NCBI RefSeq assembly: GCF_053078305.1
Contig: NZ_CP166879.1
Length of the DNA stretch: 64,000 nucleotides
Strand: one strand, 5' to 3'
How positions within the stretch are numbered: the stretch's first letter is position 1; each line of letters begins with the position of its first letter. Positions 56,823 to 64,000 of the stretch are shown piece after piece. Under the pieces are notes generated by a model, which was not told the DNA's origin, did not search any database, and was given only the letters and a program-made list of their open reading frames with translations. A program made the translations under genes and the position numbers.

Positions 56823-57467
56823 GAAGGTTTCTTTTAACCGCGCCCTTTATTACGGGCAATACACAGCAGTGGTTGTGTGATCCTTATCTATCCGGTGATG
56901 CCGGAATGTTTTTACTGCGTAATGGCGGTATTGACTTCTTTTATTCTTTTCATTTGTTTGCCAGCACTTCCTGCGACTGTGCGCGCTGTATAAGACCATT
57001 TGAAATTTGGTCGCTTACGCGTGTACCTGGCGTCTGAAGCTGCGCGGCGTCACTTTCGTCAGCGTGTCACGATGACAAAGTGACGCACGCGCGTCTGCTT
57101 AACGAACCCGCACGAACTGCCGTTTCACGTGATGTTTTTTAACATTTGAAGAAGTGACCCGGCGTGAGAGTGTTTTTTCAACCTCTTCTGCAAATTTACG
57201 GACGATTTTGTGAATAACGTCCATAAATGGTTTTTTGCAGAATTAATTGTTTTTTAAGGAGTTTTATGTAGTGAGATGCCGAATCGGCGATACCACTTAT
57301 TAGAGGTGGTGTCGGGGGCGACCTGGAGACAGGTACAGCAAATGCTGCAGTCGGTGTGCAACACCGATTTGTTACCCCTCAATACCTAAACAATCTGCGC
57401 TACCCTGGCGCACAGGCAGTCACTACCCGAAGGATCGCAACGTTTAACCGTGTCGTCAGGGAGAAAT

Positions 57468-57518
57468 GCAGATGAGTTTTTCTGTTGTGTTCACGGCACA
57501 ACAGAAAAACTCATCTGC
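57468..57518. repeat. perfect 22-bp inverted repeat with a 7-nt spacer (lox/FRT-like architecture)
   Basis: GCAGATGAGTTTTTCTGTTGTG-TTCACGG-CACAACAGAAAAACTCATCTGC, 49 nt upstream of the recombinase ATG. Confidence 0.9.
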
Positions 57519-57567
57519 CGAACGTACAGCTGTTTAAGGTAAAAATTATTATGTGCAGGAGAAGTTG

Positions 57568-58470
57568 ATGTCCAGACGTGAAAAATTACTGAAACAGGAT
57601 CTGGTTGCTCACATTCGAAAAGACAAAGGCAGCTTCAAGAAGCTGAGTGATTACACCAGGATCATGCACCGCTTTGCTGAAAGTCTGGCAAAAATGAATG
57701 TACAGATCAGTTCTGCCGCGCAGGTAAAAGTCCGGCATATTGAGCTATATATGAGAAGCCGGAGTAATGTTTCTGGGCGAACAAGGGAAAATGAAATGTC
57801 TGCAATACGGGTTATGTTACGTCAGGCAGGTAAATATAAGATGGCTGATCCCGAACATCCTCGTCTCAGCAATAAAGCGTTAGGCATTTCCGGCTCCAGT
57901 CGTAAGGGAACAAAAAAATTAATCACGGATGAGCGTTTTCGGGAGATTCTTCAGCGTGTGGAAGCAAAAGATAAAGGGGTGGCTGCTGTTGTTAAACTGT
58001 CACGTTACCTCGGTCTGAGAAATGAAGAAGCTATCCAGTCGGCCAAATCATTACGAACCTGGAAAAAAGCGTTACAACGGGGAGATGAAAAAATAAGAGT
58101 GATTTTTGGTACGAAAGGGGGACGGGAAAGAATGACAACGGTTGTTGACCGGGATAACGTTCTTGATGCTGTTAATTATGCACTCAAATATGCCAGTGAA
58201 CATAATGGACGTCTTATAGACAGAGATAATCTTAAGTCGGCAATGGATTATTATCTTAATACATTACGTCGTTATGGAGAACTGAAAGGCGGAGATGAGA
58301 CTGCACACAGTTTTCGGTACAGTTACGCTGCAAGTGCCATGAAATATCATATTATGAACGGTTACAGTTATAAGGAGGCACTTGCACTGACATCAATTGA
58401 TCTTGGTCATGGTGATGGCAGAGGACGATATATTGAACAGGTTTATTGTCAGTTGTTAGGCTATGAGTAA
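57568..58470 (+). CDS. tyrosine recombinase / integrase-family protein
   Basis: RBS AGGAG. Catalytic-type residues in LGLRNEE (R), GTKGGRER (K), AHSFRYSYA (HxxR), LGHGDG (H), RYIEQVY (Y). Confidence 0.75.
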   Translation: MSRREKLLKQDLVAHIRKDKGSFKKLSDYTRIMHRFAESLAKMNVQISSAAQVKVRHIELYMRSRSNVSGRTRENEMSAIRVMLRQAGKYKMADPEHPRLSNKALGISGSSRKGTKKLITDERFREILQRVEAKDKGVAAVVKLSRYLGLRNEEAIQSAKSLRTWKKALQRGDEKIRVIFGTKGGRERMTTVVDRDNVLDAVNYALKYASEHNGRLIDRDNLKSAMDYYLNTLRRYGELKGGDETAHSFRYSYAASAMKYHIMNGYSYKEALALTSIDLGHGDGRGRYIEQVYCQLLGYE

Positions 58471-58502
58471 TAACTCATGGCGATTTCGTACGGGTAAATA
58501 TT

Positions 58503-58826
58503 ATGGATTGTACTATTTTGCTGAAAATAATCTCTGTAAAAGAGATTACAAAAAATTCGCCTTTGTGGTCACACTATCTGGCGCGATATGTTGATTCCGG
58601 ATATCAGGCCGAGTTTGAATGTGAAGGAACAGCAGATAAATGGGATATCTATGATGAATGGGACATCTATGAATCCATTGCGGATTATTTTGATGTGGTA
58701 GGAGATTTTAACTGTGATGTCAGATGGTCGGGAAGAAAAATACTGATTAAAGGGACCTGTGTTTTTCCTCTGGGAGAACCCGTTAAGGGAATACATAATA
58801 TTCCTCTTTGGATTGATGTTGAATAA
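58503..58826 (+). CDS. hypothetical protein (107 aa)
   Basis: Track ORF, AT-rich. Confidence 0.4.
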   Translation: MDCTILLKIISVKEITKNSPLWSHYLARYVDSGYQAEFECEGTADKWDIYDEWDIYESIADYFDVVGDFNCDVRWSGRKILIKGTCVFPLGEPVKGIHNIPLWIDVE

Positions 58827-58827
58827 C

Positions 58828-58856
58828 TTGACATTCATCTTTTGTGATTTAAAAAT
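58828..58856 (+). promoter_or_regulatory. sigma70-like promoter in front of STAXI copy 3
   Basis: TTGACA-17 nt-AAAAAT; -35 is 43 nt upstream of the first hairpin. Confidence 0.4.
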
Positions 58857-58870
58857 ATACAGGCTTATAT

Positions 58871-59089
58871 GTCGCTTCGGCGACCACCAATGCTCCATAA
58901 GTGGTCTGAGAGGAGCGCCTTCGGGTGACCACATCCCGCTTCGGTGGGCACCAATGTTCCGTTGATCTGAGAGGAACGCCTTCGGGTGATCAACACCCCC
59001 GTAACCTGAAAGGGGATGTGCAGCCAGGATGTTTCTGGTGGTGGTAAATCTGCCCACCTTTGAGAGCAGATATCGTCAGTCATGACGAT
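58871..59089 (+). ncRNA. STAXI-type repeated-pseudoknot element, copy 3 (two modules plus tail)
   Basis: Near-identical to copy 2 and to modules 2-3 of copy 1. Confidence 0.7.
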
Positions 59090-59227
59090 GAAGGTTTCTT
59101 TATAACTGCGCCCTTTATTAACGGGCTTTTTCTGACAGCAACACCATGCTGTACTGGTGGTGTTTTAACCCTGACGGGAGTTTTTGTCCGTCGGGGCGAA
59201 GGCTCCCGTTTTTTTACAGGAGTCTTT

Positions 59228-59620
59228 ATGTCAACGTTTATTTTGTGCCCTGAACCGGGCATCTCTTCTTTTTTCCGGCGAATGACGGCTCAGTTGCGGG
59301 TGTTTTTTTCCCGCAATAACCTGTCATATTACAGTCGCTGGTACACTAATCCGGCCGGCAATCTGAGCGTGCGGGTCTGTATGTTCCGTCGTGGCGGTGT
59401 CTGGACACCCTGCCTGTATTACCGGCAGGGAATGTATCGCAACGAGTACACAGGATGGTATCAGCCGTTACCGCGTGAGGTCATTTATCTGAACCGGTTT
59501 ACCGGACGGATATCCCGTCGCAGGACATGGCATGCTGCCTGCCGTATGGCGGAGCAACTGACCACCCTGCGTTACCGGTTTGGTCTGCAGGGTGATGGAA
59601 TCGTCGCACAGCCCTGCTGA
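59228..59620 (+). CDS. hypothetical protein (130 aa)
   Basis: ATG after CAGGAG. The track ORF 59060.. runs in from the STAXI element and is trimmed here. Confidence 0.45.
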   Translation: MSTFILCPEPGISSFFRRMTAQLRVFFSRNNLSYYSRWYTNPAGNLSVRVCMFRRGGVWTPCLYYRQGMYRNEYTGWYQPLPREVIYLNRFTGRISRRRTWHAACRMAEQLTTLRYRFGLQGDGIVAQPC

Positions 59621-59640
59621 TTTATCATTTATTACCCTGT

Positions 59641-59685
59641 CGGGAACACGCTTCCCGCAGGGCAGGTGTGTTCCCGTTATTTTTT
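59641..59685 (+). terminator. intrinsic terminator
   Basis: CGGGAACAC...GTGTTCCCG followed by TTATTTTTT. An alternative hairpin CCCTG...CAGGG overlaps it. Confidence 0.6.
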
Positions 59686-59702
59686 GTATCTGAGGTGAAC
59701 AC

Positions 59703-60182
59703 ATGCATAGTCTGTTAATACTCCTTTACGTTGTTGTATGGCGTGCCTGCACCATTCTTCGGGTAATCGCACCAGTGTCGGCTGTCCGTGCGTGGTGTGA
59801 GTATCAACTGGAAGGTATGACGATACTTCGTGATGCGTACAGCTCGCTGGCTAAGGCGGCTGGAATGCAGAATGATGCATTTGAATATACTGAAAGTATT
59901 GCACGTCATCTGGGCTACAAAAGCGGTGGTGACCAACTGAAATCAGGACTTTTCCGGCCGTTTCTGTGGCATATACGTGTGAAAGGCCACAGGCTGGGGG
60001 CTGTCATGGAGATGGAGGCATGGAAGACATGGAAGAATGGCTGTAACGATGTCTGCAATCCATGGGAGGATGTCTGTAATCCATGGGAGCGTGGATGGAA
60101 CGATGGCTGGACGGAATGTCTGAATCAACGTATAGCCGGGCTCCTGAAGCAGGCCTGTATTGAATTTTCCGACGCAGACTGA
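59703..60182 (+). CDS. hypothetical protein with a duplicated DVCNPWE motif; start uncertain
   Basis: Track ORF only. Confidence 0.4.
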   Translation: MHSLLILLYVVVWRACTILRVIAPVSAVRAWCEYQLEGMTILRDAYSSLAKAAGMQNDAFEYTESIARHLGYKSGGDQLKSGLFRPFLWHIRVKGHRLGAVMEMEAWKTWKNGCNDVCNPWEDVCNPWERGWNDGWTECLNQRIAGLLKQACIEFSDAD

Positions 60183-60377
60183 CGGGCAGGATGCCAGTCA
60201 GTCACAGGAAGGATGTCAAATCGTGAGCGATGCAACTGCCATTTTGCAATGATGGCTGTTTTGCTCCCGTAACGGTTTTTCTTTTACTTACTGCACCGTG
60301 TTTTTGCGCCGGTGTTTTCCCTGACGGGAGTTTTGTTCCGTCAGGGACAGGACTTCCTTTAAGAGACGGAGGTCATC

Positions 60378-60755
60378 ATGTATTCACCTTTAATTGCTCA
60401 TTATTCAGCGCTTCAGACGCAGTCTGCTCTGCTGGCTCATATCAGTCAGATGGAAGGCGAGCTGATGCGGTTACGTGCCTGGCAACGGCTGGGTATTACC
60501 CCGGAGCCGGATGATGAGACGGAGCCTTCACTGGTATACGTGTATCTGTGGGATACCGGCGAGGCGCTGGGCTGGCTGTTGTATGACCTGGAGCAGGAGG
60601 AGATTTCCGCACCGGGAATTCAGGCCCGTCAGGCACTCGACAGTCTGATGGCTCTGGGGCGTGAAATTAATCATGAAATCTGGGCTGACAGTATCAGTAC
60701 CGGAAAGATGGTGGCCGGAGCGGATGAATATTTTGCCCGGCACGACATGATGTAA
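60378..60755 (+). CDS. hypothetical acidic protein (125 aa)
   Basis: RBS GACGGAGG. Confidence 0.5.
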   Translation: MYSPLIAHYSALQTQSALLAHISQMEGELMRLRAWQRLGITPEPDDETEPSLVYVYLWDTGEALGWLLYDLEQEEISAPGIQARQALDSLMALGREINHEIWADSISTGKMVAGADEYFARHDMM

Positions 60756-60836
60756 TTCATGACCTGACTCTGACGGGGGAGTTCTCCGTCCGGGAGACAT
60801 TCCCCGTTGTTTAGTTTTAACCATGAGGAATGTTCC

Positions 60837-61466
60837 ATGTCTGAGTTATCTTCACGTCCGGTCCGTGAGCCGGTGGTATATACCCTTGAGCAGGTTTCCA
60901 CAATACCGGAAAAGCAGTGGCATGCTTTTGTTCTGGCTGTCACTGAAACCTTCTGGCAGTTGCCGGAGGCGTTACGGCCGCAGAATGCGTATTTCGGCTC
61001 CCTGACCCGGGCGTCAGAGTTGTTTCCGGTAACGGACACGCTGGCGTTTTACTGCCGGTCTGCCGACGGGCTGTGGTCGGTGAATGTCACTATTGAGCGG
61101 GAGCACAGCCGGAATATCCTGGCTCTTAATGAGCTGAATTTCGGACGTCAGCCGGGAGATTTCTTTGCCCGTACAGTCTTTGTGCTGTTGCACAATCTGT
61201 GTCCGGACTGTTTTCGTATTCATTCCACTGTCGGTGGTGCCAGCTGGTCGCTGCCGCTGAAATGGATAAAACGGTACCTGGGGCATGAGAATTTTTCTGC
61301 TCCGGAGTCTGTATTAACCACCCCGGTAAGGGGAGATGCGTTTGACAGCTTACTGCTGCAGTTTTTGTCCGGTCAGGGGCGACAGTTATCCCCGGATGAC
61401 TGGGCAGCACTGGAAGAGGCCGAATATCAGCTTTACTGGCTGCGGGCTCTTGCCGGTGGGCGGTAA
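60837..61466 (+). CDS. hypothetical protein (209 aa)
   Basis: ATG after GAGGAA; the track ORF is trimmed. Confidence 0.5.
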   Translation: MSELSSRPVREPVVYTLEQVSTIPEKQWHAFVLAVTETFWQLPEALRPQNAYFGSLTRASELFPVTDTLAFYCRSADGLWSVNVTIEREHSRNILALNELNFGRQPGDFFARTVFVLLHNLCPDCFRIHSTVGGASWSLPLKWIKRYLGHENFSAPESVLTTPVRGDAFDSLLLQFLSGQGRQLSPDDWAALEEAEYQLYWLRALAGGR

Positions 61467-61581
61467 CAGAACGCCGTAGTTTCTTTATCCGGAATAACGT
61501 CATCACGTATTCCGTCATTATATCACCCGGCAGGGACATATCCCTGTGGGGAGAGTCCCGGCTTTATTCAGGAGAATTGTT

Positions 61582-61965
61582 ATGGGACTCGATATTTACT
61601 TTCTGGCTCGTGATAACCATCACAGTGGTGCCGTTGTGGGAACACAGGAACATCAGGAGGTGGGGGCTTTCCGTAAGGTGAAACCGCTTCTGACATGGTT
61701 TCGTGAACATACCGGTGCTTCAGATGAGCAGCATGCTTTCCCTGTAACCCGCAGTTCACTGGCTGCATTATTGCGCGACCTCAGTATGCTGACACCGGGG
61801 AACTGCCACAGGCTGTTTCCTTATGTCACAGGCTCGTGTTTACGGGGGGAAGATTATGCCGGTGATTACTGGTATGACGTGGATGACGTAAAAGCGTGGG
61901 TCAGCAATACGCTGAAGACGTTTGATTTTGAGCGTCGTTCACTGGTGATGCTGGCGTTGTGGTAA
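61582..61965 (+). CDS. hypothetical protein (127 aa)
   Basis: ATG after CAGGAGAA. Confidence 0.5.
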   Translation: MGLDIYFLARDNHHSGAVVGTQEHQEVGAFRKVKPLLTWFREHTGASDEQHAFPVTRSSLAALLRDLSMLTPGNCHRLFPYVTGSCLRGEDYAGDYWYDVDDVKAWVSNTLKTFDFERRSLVMLALW

Positions 61966-62057
61966 TTCTGGCCAGTCTGATTTTCGTTATTAATTTAACT
62001 GTACGGTGCACTCTCACCGTACAGGGAGCGTGCATCTTTTTCAGGGGGCATGCTCTT

Positions 62058-63035
62058 ATGAAAACGAAAAAACATACTTCACGTACCGCGATTAAAACTC
62101 CGGAACGTGACCTGTATCAGCTTGTGACCGACAGGGTTGTTACGGCCATTGAAAATGGTGTGCCACCCTGGAAACGTCCCTGGCGCTCTGCGCGTAATGG
62201 CGTGGGGCTTCCGGAGATGATGCCGGCAAATGCCCTGACCGGGAAGCCTTATACAGGGGTGAACGTCCTGTTGCTGTGGCTGGCCGCGGATGAAGCCGGG
62301 TATGTCAGCAATGACTGGCTGACGTACCGTCAGGCGCAACAACTGGGTGGCCACGTCCGTAAAGGGGAGGTGGCCACGCTGGCGGTGATTTACAAAGACT
62401 GGAAAAAACAGGCTGTGGATGAACACGGTAACCGGCTGACGGACAGTGAGGGGGAGCCTCTCATGGAAATCGTACCGGTACTGAAATCGAATCCTCTGTT
62501 TAATGTGGGGCAGTGTGACGGTTTACCTGAACATCTGATGGTGAAGGCGGAAGGCAGCGCGGATGCACTGCCGGCAGATACCTTCAGTGAGCGGGTGCTG
62601 CAGGTACTGAATGGCAGCGGCGTCAGCGTCTCGTCACTTCCACAGGACAGGGCATTCTACCGGCCTGATCTTGACCGTATCGTGATGCCACTGTCGTCGC
62701 AGTTTGACCAGGTGGCTGATTACTGGACCACCCTGCTGCATGAGCTGGTACACAGTACCGGTCATGAAAAGCGCCTGCGGCGGGTGGGGATAAGTACCTT
62801 TACCGGTCGCAAAAGCCCGGAATATGCGTTTGAAGAGCTGATTGCCGAGATGGGCAGTGCTTTTCTGTGTGCACATCTCGGGATTGCCGGTGACGTACAG
62901 CACGAAAGTTATATTGACGGATGGCTTAAGGTTCTGAAGTCTGACAAAAAAGCGCTGTTTCGCGCCTGCCGGCAGGCACGTGAAGCATCAGAGTATTTAC
63001 TGACGCGGCGAACTTCGCAGGAGTGCGCAGCATAA
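62058..63035 (+). CDS. ardC: ArdC-like antirestriction protein (ssDNA-binding N-domain plus zincin metalloprotease)
   Basis: DLYQLVTDRVVTAIENGVPPWKRPW and NDWLTYRQAQQLGGHVRKGE (ArdC-N); HELVHSTGH HExxH motif. Confidence 0.8.
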   Translation: MKTKKHTSRTAIKTPERDLYQLVTDRVVTAIENGVPPWKRPWRSARNGVGLPEMMPANALTGKPYTGVNVLLLWLAADEAGYVSNDWLTYRQAQQLGGHVRKGEVATLAVIYKDWKKQAVDEHGNRLTDSEGEPLMEIVPVLKSNPLFNVGQCDGLPEHLMVKAEGSADALPADTFSERVLQVLNGSGVSVSSLPQDRAFYRPDLDRIVMPLSSQFDQVADYWTTLLHELVHSTGHEKRLRRVGISTFTGRKSPEYAFEELIAEMGSAFLCAHLGIAGDVQHESYIDGWLKVLKSDKKALFRACRQAREASEYLLTRRTSQECAA

Positions 63036-63081
63036 TTTTTACTACCGGTGGCGGTTATAACCTGACCGCCATTTATCCCGT

Positions 63082-63118
63082 GAGGGCATTGTACCTCACG
63101 GGACAATGCCCTCTTTTT
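63082..63118 (+). terminator. intrinsic terminator after ardC, with a competing upstream hairpin
   Basis: GAGGGCATTGT...ACAATGCCCTC followed by TTTTT. The mutually exclusive hairpin is CCCGTGAGG/CCTCACGGG (63077-63102). Confidence 0.7.
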
Positions 63119-63148
63119 ACATCTGTATAAAAAAGAGGAGCGTAAACA

Positions 63149-64000
63149 ATGTCTGAATGGTGCAAAAACCGTTTTGAAATTACCGGTAAATCAGTCTGTC
63201 TTGATGTACTTACACAGTGGATTGAAGGGCGTGAGACCCCGCGCTACCGTCATGCCATACAGCAGAGTATACAGCTGTTTCTGGCCGGTTGTGCAGGGCT
63301 GGTAAAACCCACACGGACGACGCAGTATCCGCCATATCCGGCGCTGGTTCGTCAAGGAACGGGGTTGTCATCTCCGGCTAACCAGGCGTTTGAGCAGTGG
63401 CTGGGGTTGCTGGTAAAAAATGCCGTTCTGGATGGTGAAACGATAAAGACCATTGAGCGTCTTTATCACCAGTCATGTATCGGCGCTGTTCGCTGGGGTA
63501 ATCTGCCGGATAATGCCAGGGAGATCATCACCACGCTGATGAGCCGTCAGTATTCTGACTGGTTTGGTCTGGCCGGGCTGAGTGAACACATTGATGCAGA
63601 AGCCTGCTGGAGCTGGTTGTCGGATTACCCGGAACAGGCGCAGCCCTGTGACATGCTGATGGTCATACCCTCCCGTCTGGCTACAGAGCTGAATGGTTCA
63701 GGTGGACTGCTGCAGGGTATTTCCACAACGACCAGCCTTTACAGCCGGATATACGGTGTGGAGTGGCCGTCAGGAAATAATGTTCGCCATGCGCGTGATG
63801 AGATGAGCAGTCTGGTGCTGCTGATCGACACGCCCTGGTATCCGCCTTCAGGCGAACTGGTTGGTGAGATCTCGAAGGTGTTTGACTGCGAGGTCCGACA
63901 CTGGTACAGCGAGCCGGTACACGGTATACAGGGTTACAACTGTTACGATGGCGGAGAGCATACGGACAGTGATCTGCAGGCCGAATGGCCGGGCAGGGAA
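63149..64000 (+). CDS. hypothetical protein, 3'-truncated by the window end
   Basis: RBS AAGAGGAG, ATG 63149. I translated 284 codons to nt 64000 without a stop. Not in the ORF track, presumably because no stop is reached. Confidence 0.55.
   Translation, partial: MSEWCKNRFEITGKSVCLDVLTQWIEGRETPRYRHAIQQSIQLFLAGCAGLVKPTRTTQYPPYPALVRQGTGLSSPANQAFEQWLGLLVKNAVLDGETIKTIERLYHQSCIGAVRWGNLPDNAREIITTLMSRQYSDWFGLAGLSEHIDAEACWSWLSDYPEQAQPCDMLMVIPSRLATELNGSGGLLQGISTTTSLYSRIYGVEWPSGNNVRHARDEMSSLVLLIDTPWYPPSGELVGEISKVFDCEVRHWYSEPVHGIQGYNCYDGGEHTDSDLQAEWPGRE

Noticed and set aside
57290-57537. Retron-like ncRNA (long hairpin upstream of an enzyme gene)
   Set aside because: The downstream gene has tyrosine-recombinase motifs, not reverse-transcriptase motifs, and no RT is present nearby.
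1-64000. ICE boundaries, attL/attR or a tRNA integration target
   Set aside because: I could not find a tRNA-like cloverleaf or terminal direct repeats in the window. The element appears to extend beyond both ends.

Overview
This window looks like an internal segment of a PFGI-1/ICEclc/SPI-7-class integrative conjugative element (GI-type T4SS) from an enterobacterium; neither element end nor a tRNA/att site is visible. Order left to right: (i) a replication/maintenance-like module with small phage/plasmid-type genes, a winged-helix replication-type protein, an ORF carrying palindromic iterons, an IS66-family insertion, a 22-copy 36-bp palindromic array, topoisomerase III, a DUF3577-like protein, SSB and an Rpn nuclease; (ii) the T4SS/mating-pair cluster (PilL-like lipoprotein, SLT, TraD, VirB4-like ATPase, TraU-like, apparently frameshifted TraG-like); (iii) AT-rich cargo with ykgM-ykgO behind a Zur-box-like site, a Tn3-derived miniature element, membrane proteins and a cdiBCAI contact-dependent inhibition locus with a decayed orphan toxin/immunity module; (iv) a unidirectional leading-region-like block with a tyrosine recombinase, small orphan genes and ArdC. 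The most interesting non-coding signals are three copies of a repeated-pseudoknot element that I recognise as the STAXI motif, the 36-bp palindromic array, lambda-ori-like iterons inside an ORF, and a lox-like 22-7-22 inverted repeat upstream of the recombinase. All family assignments come from reading motifs by eye and from memory; no searches were run.
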